NCBI RefSeq assembly: GCF_964194155.1
Contig: NC_135896.1
Span: 62,496,001 to 62,560,000, forward strand
Length of the DNA stretch: 64,000 nt
Direction of reading: 5' to 3'
Source of the DNA: Cetorhinus maximus
Taxonomy: Eukaryota
Each line of letters begins with the position of its first letter. Within the stretch, counting starts at the first letter, position 1. The position numbers and the translations under genes were made by a program. Of the stretch, positions 1 through 11,399 are shown piece after piece. The notes below the pieces were generated by a model. That model did not search any database, had not been told where the DNA came from, and saw only the letters and a list, made by a program, of their open reading frames with translations.

Positions 1-269
1 CGCATTGGGTACGAAGAGTTGGGAAATTCCTGACTCTGCAAACCCGACCTGCGAGAAAGTGCCCCGAATGGTCAGATTTTCATTCCTGGAGGACAGGTGC
101 TAGCTGAATTCGGGCCTGCTGTCCGCAGAGGCAATGTGGAGGCAGCCACAAAGCCTGCTTGGTGCTGAGGCGGGCTGGTTAAAAGGACCACCTCGGTGCT
201 CTGGGACTTCGTCCCAATTGCAATAAAACCAATTAAGTAAAAAACAGTCCTCTAGTCCTCACCCTTCAC

Positions 270-480
270 ACACTCCCCATGCCCCATTCATTCCATCTCA
301 TGCCTCTATACCCACCCTCTATGGCCCCATACCCTCCATGCCAAACTATGCCCTCTACTCACTTCCATGGCCCCTCACTCTCCATGCCAACTTAGTGCCC
401 TCATAACAACCCATGCTCCCACACCCACCACCCTTTGGCCTTACACCCTCTCTGCCAACTCACCCAGTATCCACCATGGG
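270..480 (+). repeat. Degenerate C-rich minisatellite (ccatgcc motif)
   Basis: Repeated ccatgcc/ctatgcc units; similar arrays at 18300-18590 and 23160-23365. Confidence 0.65.
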
Positions 481-960
481 CAGATCTCAGTAGTCATGGT
501 GAGATGAAATAAAATACAGTTCTAAGTATCTATTATAGACTTCACTATATTAAAAAAACTCTCATTGATAAAAGCCCATTATAAACAAACATTTCCTTCA
601 AGTACTTAGTCACTTATAAAAACAAACATTTGTATTCATAGCCCCACAAAGACAATTAATCTCTTTATAACCACAGAGCTGTCAATCAAATTGTGAATTT
701 ACAGCAACCCCGCCCCCTAACTGTGATAATCAGAGGTTGTAGAAGCAGTCAATCAACACTAACCCAAAAATGATAACCTTCAGGCTTACGTCAACAAACA
801 TCTATTGAATTTGCATGCACTAACTTTTTTCAACTGAGAGTCATTACAGGCTGTTTTTTTTAATTTAAAGGGCAGGAGATTTAAATGACCTAACAACTTG
901 GCAGTTCCACAGAGCTTATCCACCCTTTACTCATAGCAATGCCTGCTGTTAACAATCCCA

Positions 961-1090
961 AAGGGGTACCTGAACCTCTCAAGAAGGGTACTTGGACCTC
1001 TCTGAAAGGGTATCTGAGCTCTTCAAAAGGTTGTGCTGACCTCTCTAAAAGTGTACCTAAGCTCTACAAATGGGTACCTGACCTCTCCAG
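961..1090 (+). repeat. Tandem repeat, six ~21-22 bp units (aagggtacctgacctctct)
   Basis: aaggggtacctgaacctctc, aagggtacttggacctctct, aagggtatctgagctctt, aaggttgtgctgacctctct, aagtgtacctaagctct, atgggtacctgacctctcc. Confidence 0.8.
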
Positions 1091-1122
1091 AGTACTCTGG
1101 TAGGTTAGACCTTTTCCTCAAA

Positions 1123-1652
1123 TGGTATCCTTATTTAAGGAAAGATGTAAATACATTAGAAGCAGTTCAGTAAAGGTTTACTTGACTAATACCAGGAATG
1201 GGCTGGTTGTCTTATGAGGAAAGGTTGCATAGGTTAAGCCTGTATCTACTGGAGTTTAGAAGAGTAAAGGTGACATTGATCGAAACCTTTAAGATCCTGA
1301 GGGGTCTTGACAGAGTGAATGTGGAGAAGATGTTTCCTCTTGTGGGAGAATCTAGAACTAGATGTCATGGTTCAAAAATACGGAGTCGCTCATTTAAGAC
1401 AGGGATGAGGAGAAATTTTTTCTCTTAGAGAGTCATGAGCCTTTAGAACTCTCTTCCTCAAAAGGCAGTGGAAGCAGAGTCTTTGAATATTTTTAAGCTG
1501 GAGATAAATAGATTCTTGATTAATAAAGGGGTGAAAGGTTCTTAGGGGTAGGCAGGAGGTTACAATCAGATCAGCCATGATCTTATTGAATGGCAGAGCA
1601 GGCCTGAAGGGGGAGTGGCCTACTCCTGTTCCTACCTTATATGTTCGTATGT
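1123..1652 (+). mobile_element. CR1 LINE 3' fragment
   Basis: ORF2 C-terminus remnant (LSYEERLHRLSLYLLEFRR...FPLVGESRTR...RRNFFS), 3' UTR and tatgttcgtatgt tail. Confidence 0.9.
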
Positions 1653-4600
1653 CTAAAGACCATAAGTCGTGTTTGAGAAACCTGGGTGATGAAAATTGCT
1701 TCTGAGTCAAGGCAACTGCAATTTTAAATGTGCAGCTGCCTCTGTGATCTGCGGATGTGTGAAATACCTCTCTTCCCTGCTCCCTCCCTGCCTCCCCGCA
1801 CCCACGGCAAGAATGGTAGGTGCTGGCTTTGGGGACAGGACTTCCAGAATCAGGGCCCTGGTGCCATTTTGGCTAAGGCCCTTCCAACTTGCCAAAAATT
1901 TGGGCCCTGCTCTTCTATTGGCTCTGTTACCATGCTCTGTTTCCTCGCTACACATAACATTCGTCACCTGAGGTTTCAACATCAGAGGCCCCTCAGGCTG
2001 AGGTGAGTTCACTTCTGATTTGATGGCACTATGGAGGTGTTTGAGGAGAAAAGTAATGTATGCTTGGTTTTGGTCATGGGTCTCTCACTCAAGAAATACC
2101 ATCTCTAAGGTAAAGTAAGAGTACAAGAGACAGAAGAAAAAGCCGTGTCATAGAAACAGAGCCCAACAGAGGTCAAAGCTGAGACTGGAAGGGAAAAAGT
2201 GTCCATTGCTGACCATAAATTTAAACTCTCCAAATTCCTAGGCTGTCTTTATTCTCATTAGAATAAGATTGCTAGCAAACAACATCTCACTCAAATAATC
2301 ACTTTTGGCCAATCAGCTAACGGAGATGTGACTCGCTTTTTAAAAATGTAGGTTACACAAGGAGATAATTGGTTCATATTGGCATCATATTATTAAATGT
2401 CTTTATTTTAAATACATTTATTGGTGAAATGATTGGCACTAAGCCATTGGTGAATAGATTGGGCTGAAGCAGGCTAGGGCTTTTGTTTTATGAAGCGTAT
2501 TTACTCCCTCAGCACTTCTTTCCCCAAATATTAATGCTTCTTTAAAACTCTTCCAGTGTTAAATAATGAAAAACTGCATCTGATTTTAATCACAATTGTA
2601 TTTTCATTTATTAAAATGTATTTTTTCACGTTGACAACAATAATGATTCCTTAAACTCTGTATACAGAGTCGCATTAAAAGAAAATGAAATCTAAGAGCA
2701 GTTGCTTGTAGGCTAGTGCAAAGACACAGTATAGATCGGGAAGGGGGCAAATCTTACTCAATAGGGCATTCTTCAATTCCCAAGGCACTCATAAACAACT
2801 CATAGAACTGATGACCTTTTCAGAGCTATCCAGGAAAATACCTAACCATGTAAAAATGCCTGTCTAATTTATTGATTCATTCTGGACCATCATGAGAAAC
2901 TCTTGAGGCCTGCAGTTCCTTACCCCGAGGCATTGTGGCCATATTTGACATTTACTGAAAGTGCCTGACTACATGGAGGCCCTTGGTACCCGCTGGTGCA
3001 ATTCTCTAGCACAATGTTTATCTTGGATCAGCCTTCCAGCCAACTGTTTGTAATTGACCCTCTACAGGGACAAGTTAGGATATGAACATGAACGTTTTTT
3101 TTCTTAAACTCTATCAGTATTTATTTCCAGCCCCCTTCATTCCCATCCACTTTGGCTATGAACCAAGCCGCTGTCATGATGCAAAGCAGTTTTAAAAGCA
3201 GCTCCTGAAAAAGTTCAGGCTCTCAGCTTGTGAAGCCATGCAACGTCTGTGCTTACAATAGTTACCTTTCCACCTTGTATGACAGAAAGCACACCTAATT
3301 ATTACATCACTAATTTCTACAAGCAAAATGTCAAACTGACATTTATCTCCAGTTCAGTCATCAGTCAATTTGACATACAAAGCACATACACAATCACTAA
3401 ATTAAAACTGCGGATGTGCAAACTTTCAAAGGTTCTCTTCCTAAGGGCAAGTATTACCAGATCCACATTTACCAAATTCAGCACCACATTCAGACTTACT
3501 TTCAATTCTCTGGACAAGGAAAGTTAAGACTGACTCAGTAAATTCGTCTTAATTTAGAGAATATGAAGACTTTCACATGGAACACACCAGGATTTAATCA
3601 TACCAAATCTAAATAATGCTCACAAAAAAACCTCCTCTGTTACCCAAGCATTGTTTGTTTTTCTTTAACTTTCAATTTGAACGGCACAATTAGTGTACGT
3701 TTTGATTCTGATTTTCAGCTTTCTGATTAAAACTGGCACAAATCCCTGGGTCTTCAGGATTAATCCAAGTAAGCATCAAGTTTTACTGAAAACAAGCTAA
3801 CTTTGTCTCCTTCTGGTAATATGGATTAAGATGGAAATACTGGCAGCTGACGGCACTTTTTTTCTTAAAAGCAAGCCAATCTGACATTAAAAAAATTAAG
3901 CAAGTAAATTAGCCTGAAGATCTGCATATGCTTAAAATAATAGGATTGGCAAGCCAATCAGCCATTGAAAAGGGAGGCTTGGCCGAGCTTCCAATTACAA
4001 CACTGTAAAGTTGGCTTCTGTAAGCCTTCTGAGGTTGTGTGTACTATATATTTTCATTTGCAAATATTCTTAGTTATGGGTAAAGCCGTAGTGGAATTAC
4101 AATTAATTGGATAAATTCCACAAGAAACTACAGTTTATTAGATTTTAAAGATAGAGCATTATTTCTTTTATTACAAAAGCAAAATGTTTACTTATGTTTA
4201 TTCTAAATTAAGGTCATAAAAACAAATTGGACCATTGCCAATTTGTAGTAAGGCCTGTCCATACAGGTCCAATTTACTCTCTCTAAAAGGAAAACAAATC
4301 TTTTGTTTAAAGGAGGAGTGTGCCTTTTCATTTTCCTTTTTTTTAATGTTAATGTATCCCTATTACTTATGAAGGCTTCTTAAATTTCATATTGAAATAA
4401 TTAGGGAATCAATTTTCAAATCCAGCCAGTCCCACCTTATTTTGCCTGGTCTCCAGGTCAACTAGAGCAACAGACATGATCGTGAGTCTGCTACATCTGT
4501 CACCGTACCATACGCTGTCTGGGAAATGGGGTCATGCTGCAGGTGGGCAGGAATATACAGCTGCAGTCTACGCAGCCCACCCATGTGCAAAAGTGGCAGC

Positions 4601-5346
4601 TTAGCAGGTACTAGTATTTGTGCTATTCCACATTCAATTAATCAGTTAGGAATAAAGAGCTCCTACATTTTTGCTTATTGTTGGTAGAACTGCAGGATCA
4701 GTAATCCTAATATCAGAACTACCAAATTAAAGCATAAGTTGAATACTTGCTGCTGTCACCAGCTTTAATATTGTACTTAAATGGATATCAGGATCCAGGG
4801 GGAAAACCATTCTGCCACAGGTGTACCTTCAACAGATAGTGCAAATAACATTTCTCTGGGAAATTAAATACATCCAAACCATCACGATCAAGGAATTTCA
4901 GGTGGGTTGAGTCATTGTTATCTTTCTCAATTCTCCTCTGCAATTGGCCTCAACATCACACCACAAAAGCATCCCTACTACAATAATGAGATATTTCCTT
5001 CAACTTCAAATATTTTAGACATTCTGACACTTAAAGCATTTAAAATTTATAAGGGGGAGGTATTAGATAAGCTGCCTGTACTTAAAGTTGATAAGGCAAC
5101 AGGACCGGATGAGATGCATCTAAGGATACTAAGGGAAGTGAGTGTGGAAATTGCCGAGGCACTGGCCATAATTTGCCAGTCTTCCTTAGACTCAGGGGTG
5201 TGCCAGAGGACTGGAGAGTTGCAATTGTTAGACCCTTATTCGAGAAAGGCAGTAAGGATAAGCCCAACAACTACAAGCCAGTCAATTTAACTTTGGTGGT
5301 GGGGAAGCTTCCAGGAACAATAATTCAGGACAAAATTAATAGTCAC

Positions 5347-5406
5347 TAAGATAAAAGTAAAAGACTGCAGATGCTGGAAATCTGAAATAAAAATATAAAA
5401 TGCTGG
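5347..5406 (-). mobile_element. 60-bp 3'-terminal fragment of a Penelope-like element with ~15-bp TSD
   Basis: Reverse complement matches the end of the PLE remnant at ~50130-50188; flanked by aaaattaatagtcac (5332-5346) and aaaatcaatagtcac (5407-5421). Confidence 0.75.
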
Positions 5407-5841
5407 AAAATCAATAGTCACATGGGTAATAGCAGGTTACTTAAGGAAATCCAGCACAGATTTGTTAAGGGCAAATCCTGTTCAACTAAGTTGCTGGAGT
5501 TTTTTGACAGAGAGGGTGAGGGTTGATGAGGTAACAGAAAGGGTGAGGTTTGATGAGGGCAATGCTGTTGATCTGGTGTACATGGACTTCCAGTAGCATT
5601 TGATACAGCGCTGCACAACAGACTTGGAATAAAAGGGACAGTAGCAACATGAATACAAAATTGACTAAGTGACAGGAAACAGAGATTAATAGTTAATGGT
5701 TGTTTTCAGAATGGAGGAAGGCTTGTAGTGGAGTTCTCCAGGGGTTGTTGTTGGGACCCTTACTTTTCATAATATAGATGAATGACCTAGACCTTGGTTT
5801 ACAGGGCAAAATTTCAAAATTTGCAGATGATATAAAACTTG

Positions 5842-7114
5842 TGTAATGTGGAATTTAAGCACACAGATTGTACAAACGTTAATAAACATGTTTCCTTTAT
5901 TCCACCGGCATCAAAACTTTATAAACTTTCAAGGGAAATGTAACTCCAAGAAACAAACTATTTACAAAGAATATTCGCCACTGATGCTCCTGACATCTAA
6001 TCTATTTGGGGCCTTGGCTCCTCAACACAGTGATTCACCTGGCTTGATTTGCTGCCCAATTCCTGGCTGCAGTCCTGCTCCCCTCTCTCTCCATGAGGCT
6101 TGTCAGACTCAGGAGTGCTGCCAATCGGACTGACTAGGTCTTCAACTCCCCTTCCTGGCTCCTAAACCATCCTCAAAGAATTCAAGCTGCCCTAGGCTCC
6201 TGCCACTTACAAGTCCTAGACTTGTCCTAGCTGCTTTTTCCCTCGCCTCATCTGTCTCTGCCCCTCAGCCTGTCAAAGGACAGCAAGGAGTGGATTTGTG
6301 CTTACTATGTATCAATCTGTTTCTCCTGCCTCTTCAGCCTGAGGTTGACATCCTTGTCTGTGCCGACAGTCATCTCCCTGATGGTGGCCTTTTTCCTGGT
6401 CTTAGGAGCCCAGTCCTGCCTCATGATCAGGATGATGCAATCTCACATGTCAAAGGAGGACAATCAGGGTTTGTCACTGTTAAGTCTCCTCAACTCCCTA
6501 TGGACATCTTCATCCATCACTGCTTCAGCTAGGCATTTTTCAGCTGCATGTCCCTGGTCGATCTGAAGGAGTGATCCAGGAGGACAATGCATTCAAAACA
6601 CTTCACCAGCTCCAGGGATGCGGAGACCGGGTCCTCCCCTTCGGCTTTCTTGTACTCATAAAACTTCTGCTGCAGCTGTGAAAGGCTACTGCTGTCACCA
6701 AAATTACTTGCTAGGTCCTCATGGACTTCTTTGAACATCTACCTCCCTCCCCAGTATTTTCTGGTGAGCTTTCTCGCACAGATATTCCATCACTCCTGGC
6801 TGTGGTGCTGCTCCCCCCTCTCCATGAGGCTTCTCAGACTCAGGGGTGCTGCCAGTTGGATTGACTAGGTCTCCAACTCCCCTTCCTGGCTCCTTAGCCC
6901 TCCTCAGGGGATTGAAGCTTCCCTAGGCTCCTGTCACACTGCCATTCACATGTCCTAGCCTTGTCCTTGCTGCTTTCTCCCTCACCTCATGGCATCTGGC
7001 TCCACCCCTCAGCCTTTCAAATATAATGCACCCTGCAAGGAGGGGCCTATAGGAGCTGACCAGTTGCCCTGCTCAATGCTCTCCCCCACCATTGCTGCCA
7101 GAGACCCCGCTACA
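5842..7114 (-). mobile_element. TG..CA-bounded LTR-derived element with gag remnant and internal direct repeats
   Basis: Termini tgtaatgtgg / ccccgctaca, perfect CTTG TSD (5838-5841, 7115-7118), splits CR1 cleanly; direct repeats ~6061-6277 and ~6795-7020. Confidence 0.8.
6285..6740 (-). pseudogene. Gypsy-type gag capsid C-terminal remnant
   Basis: LQQKFYEYKKAEGEDPVSASLELVKCF...RDMQLK then frameshifted LAEAVMDEDVHRELRRLNSDKP*LSSFDM*D, followed by a coiled-coil-like stretch; resembles retrotransposon gag by recognition only. Confidence 0.6.
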
Positions 7115-8260
7115 CTTGGAAGCATGGTGGGGATAGTGTAGAACTTCAAAAGGACATAGACACATTGGTGGAATGGGTGGAAGCATGGCAGATGAAATTA
7201 AATGCACAGAAGTACAAAGTGATTCATTTTGGTAGGAAGAACGTGGACGGTCAATATAAAATAAAGGTCACAACTCTGAAGGGCATGCAGGAGCAGAGAA
7301 CCTTGTGTGTATATTTGCATAAGTAATTGAAGGTGGAAATGGTGAGACAGTGGTGAATCAAACATGCAGCATCCTAGGTTTTATTAATAGCAGCATGGAG
7401 TACAAGAGCAAAGAGGGTATGCTATCTTGTATAAAGCACAGGTTCAGCCTCAACTTGGTGCCACAAGTTAGGAAAGAAAGCATTAGAGAGAGTCACAAGA
7501 ATGGTTCCAGGGTTGAGGAACTTCAGTTTCGTAGATAGATTGAAGTAGTTGGGACTATTTTCCTTGGAGAAGAGCAAGTTGAGAGGAAATTTGATGAAGG
7601 TATTTAAACATGAGGGATCTGGACAGAGTTGACAGGGAGAAACTGTTCCCATTTATGGAAGGATCAAGAACCAGAGGGCACAGATTTATTTATTTGGCAG
7701 AAGATGCAGTGGAGGCATGAGGAAAGGCTTTTCCATGTAGCAAATGGTTAGGATCTGGAATACACTGAGAGTGTGGCGGAGGCAGGTTCAATCAAGGCAT
7801 TCAAGAGGGAATGGGATTATTATCAGAAAAGGATGAATGTGCCAGAGTTGCGGAGAGAAGGCCGGGTAATTGCACTGGATGTATTGCTCACTCGGCGAGC
7901 CACCGCAAATACGAAGGGCTGAATGGCCTCCTTCTGTGCTGTAAAAATTCTGTGATTCTGTGAGCTTCCAGGTTTTTTCCTGCACCACAAAAGGTGATGT
8001 CAGGCTCCTTGGCAATCCCACTTTAAATAGCCCTTTTCTCTCTGTTCATAACTCTTTGGACTCTAGTTTGGACTCAGCTTCAGCATGAAGGCGACAACTT
8101 TCAACTGGGCAACTCAGTCAAATCCAGTTTGTACTTGGACATCATTATCATACGCGGCCAGCACAGGCCAACCTGAAACAAACTGCCAGGTCACACAAAG
8201 GGCAGCAAGTTTGGTGTTTGCGGCATAAATTTGGCTTGGATTCAAAAAAGGGAAATTTTC

Positions 8261-8570
8261 ATAGATTATAGAAACTGCAGCATAGGTTAAGGCTATTCAG
8301 CCCCTGATGCCTGTGCTGCTGCTGTCACCTGTCATGTTATTCTCCAAGATTCTTTATATTCGTTGTTTTCAAATATTTATGCCATTCCCTTTTAAATGAT
8401 GTTCTAGTCTCTACCTCAATAGTCACTTGTCGTGAAGCATCCCACAGTCTCATTGCCCTCAGTTCAAGAATCTTCCTTTGCCTTTCTTCCTTGGCTGAGT
8501 ATCAGTGGTCTCCAACCCCTGACTTCCCATTCACAAACCAGTGAAAAAAAAATCTTTCAGTTTACCACAG
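8261..8570 (-). mobile_element. Old CR1 3' fragment
   Basis: Reverse tail atagattatagaa, ggctattcagccc and CR1 3'UTR-like sequence. Confidence 0.5.
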
Positions 8571-9115
8571 TAAAGGCTCCAGGTTTCACTTACAGTGGCA
8601 CTCCCACTCACTACATTGCTGCTGCTTCTCCTTGCTTAGTAGGAAGTGCTGGGCCCCCATTCCCCCATCTCCCTCTCTCCTCGTTAAATATAATCTGTTT
8701 ATACATAATTGGCACAAAAAAGCATTCATAGAATTTTACATTTGTGTGATTATCTGTTCACTGCTAGTTTGAATACAAGTGTAGAATTAGACCAGTGATG
8801 CATGTGGGGAATCGTTTGGAAACTAAGGGAGAAAACAAGATTAAACAATTGGTTTTGGAGAGGTTGGTACTAGGTGAAGGTTGGGACACCTGAAAGTGAT
8901 GAAAAATTAGATGATTCAATCAGGAAAAAAAGAGTAAGATAACTTAGTTAAGATACAGGAAATGGTGAATGGATAAATAAAATTGTGTAATTTTAAGAAT
9001 TGGGTACGATAGTCTAAGTATGATTCAGGGCCTGAAGGTTTTTTTTTAAAGCACAAAATCAGGATTAGGATTAAAATGACATAAAATGCATTGTTGCGTT
9101 CTGCTATCTTCCTTT

Positions 9116-10755
9116 TGTCATGCCCAGTAACAAGACCATGTTCCTAACTTTCAAGATATGGACTTCAGGCAATGTGACTTTTTCAAATTGACTTTAAAAA
9201 GTAGACAATGCAGCAAGGATGGCTGCCGAGAGTCAGGTGACTCCTATAACTTCTGCACAGACAGATAAGTGCCTCAGGTCTTCAGAAAGTTCTTTATATC
9301 AATGATTGTGGGTCGGATGCCCTCCCTTGAGTAGACATGCAGGAGGTGAAACCACTTGTGGAATTTACAGCCCCGTTGCCTGTGTATTTACGAGAACTCA
9401 AAATCAATAGCCCCTCAGATGCAGTGTCTGCAAGCTCAACTCTTAACAAAGAAGTGAAAAGAAACCAGTTTATCACAAGCAGGTGTGAGCAGCCATCATT
9501 AAATCCCCATTGTGCAGCAATGGCTTCTAACTTTGAATTGTTCATGTGGACAACAAAAGTAATGATCATGTGGTTACATGATCGAAACTTACTTCAGATA
9601 ACCAACCTTATTACTCCAAGAACCAGGCAAAGACAGATCAGTCTGGAAACCATTAGGGCCTGAGGGAGCATTCTTCCAACCAGAAGAAAAGAATCCTGCC
9701 TAACAACCGGTCAACTCAGGCAGTGTGATGTGGACTAATTCATTTTCACCTTGAAAGATTTGTCTCTGCAGAAACTCGGCCATAACCTCATCTAGAAAAC
9801 CCAGAGACTTCAAACATCCATTCATCTCCAAAGAATCATGAAAGATAAAGTATCTAGGCTTGCATTGTATACACCTTAAAGGACCATTTAGCCACATGAC
9901 TTTCTTCTTGTTCTTCTATTAATAATCTAACTGCATGCTTCATTCTCTGGAATATATGCCTACTTGTCTGTGTGGATGAGGGAGTGAGTGTTTTTTGTCA
10001 CGTTTGCATTTCAGTGTGTTGTTATCTTTTCTTCTGATTTAAATGTACACAAAAGTCAGTGTCGTGTCTATTACTAAATGTCACAACACTCACAGAATCA
10101 CAGAATCACACAGTGCAGAAGAGGCCCTTCAGCCCATCGAGTCTGCACCAACACATGAGAAACACCTGACCTACCTACCTAATCCCATTTACCAGCACTT
10201 GGCCCATAGCCTTGAATGTTATGACGTGCCAAGTGCTCATCCAGGTACTTTTTAAAGGATGTGAGGCAACCTGCCTCCACCACCCTCCCAGGCAGCGCAT
10301 TCCAGACCATCACCACCCTCTGGGTAAAAAGGTTTTTCCTCACACACATCCCCCCTAAACCTACTGCCCCTCACCTTGAACTTGTGTCCCCTCGTGACTG
10401 ACCCTTCAACTAAGGGGAACAGCTGCTCCCTATCCACCCTGTCCATGCCCCTCATAATCTTGTACATCTCGATCAGGCCGCCTCTCTGGCTTCTCTGCTC
10501 CAACGAAAACAACCCAAATCTATCCAACCTCTCTTCATTACGTAAATGTTTCATCCCAGGCAACATCCTGGTGAATCTCCTTTGCACCCCCTCTAGTGCA
10601 ATCACATCCTTCCTATAATGTGGCGACCAGAGCTGCACACTCAAAAGGTTTAAAACACTCCCCCCAAAACACTCATCTTGTTGCAAAAAATACCTTGTTG
10701 AGAGGTGAAGAGGAAGGGGAAATGTTATCTCACCATCTCTCTTTTGTCCATAACA
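9116..10755 (+). mobile_element. Solo LTR (with CR1 insertion)
   Basis: tgtcatg...cataaca termini, flanks ccttt/ccttc, aataat and GT-rich U5-like region near 9920-10030. Confidence 0.6.
10093..10640 (-). mobile_element. CR1 LINE 3' fragment, relatively young
   Basis: ORF 10252-10686(-): WSPHYRKDVIALEGVQRRFTRMLPGM...RGHKFKVRG; (cacagaat)n tail; acactca TSD at 10086-10092 and 10637-10643. Confidence 0.92.
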
Positions 10756-11399
10756 CCTTCTGTAGAGATAAGAAATTGTAATGGGAAAAGTTGGCCAATT
10801 GCATAGACAAAAGATTTTTTAGTATACTACTAGTCGATCTCATGAGACAATTGTTCACACTGAATCAGGTCTTGCTGTTTTATAAAGCGGTATTTGTGAT
10901 TTGTAGAGGATAAAACAGTCTGTGGACTGAATAAGATGGCCCCATGCTGATGGTAGTTTCCATACCCAGAAGTCAGTGGCCTTCCAACCTCCGGGCCCAC
11001 CATAGTCTCATGCCTGATAATACGCTAATGGCTGCCAATTAGTGGCAAGGGAAGGTTACAGACCATCAGCCTGCCCAATGTGTGCTGGAGGACAGGACGT
11101 CCAGTCTTGGAGGCGGCAGACCGTGACCCGCAACAAGGTCATGGCCAGCTCTTTAAAGAACCCACTGGCACGGGTCAGTGCCAGGTGACCTGTCATATGC
11201 TCACTGAACAGAAAAAACTGTGTATCGTGAAAGTTTCTGAGTTTTTCAGTCTATCCAGGTATGTCTATTTTAATTTGAGCTTATGCTTGCCTACCATCTC
11301 AATCTTCATAGGTGGCAAAATTTTCATAAGTCAACAAGTCCTGACCTGTGGAGGTTGAGGAGTTGTACATTAGTGACATTTTTCCATGCATAGATGTAT

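Larger units (their letters stand above)
1..1100. mobile_element. Interspersed non-coding repeat (probable non-autonomous element), copy 1
   Basis: 170-930 aligns by eye with 23090-25960 once two inserts are removed from the latter (shared blocks ggctggt(t)aaaagg.ccac.tcggt.ctctgg, gagatgaaataaaata.agttctaa, ttaaagggcagg.gatttaaat). Family not identifiable. Confidence 0.6.
5030..7963 (+). mobile_element. CR1 LINE RT/3' fragment interrupted by two insertions
   Basis: KVDKATGPDEMHLRILRE motif, cagcacagatttgttaagggcaaatcc, tttgcagatga (FADD); resumes at 7115; ends in ttctgtgattctgtga tail. Confidence 0.88.

Noticed and set aside
961-1090. CRISPR-like array
   Set aside because: Units are contiguous with no unique spacers, no cas genes, eukaryotic context.
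9337-9663. 108-aa ORF in LTR-like region
   Set aside because: No recognisable motif; within a probable solo LTR.
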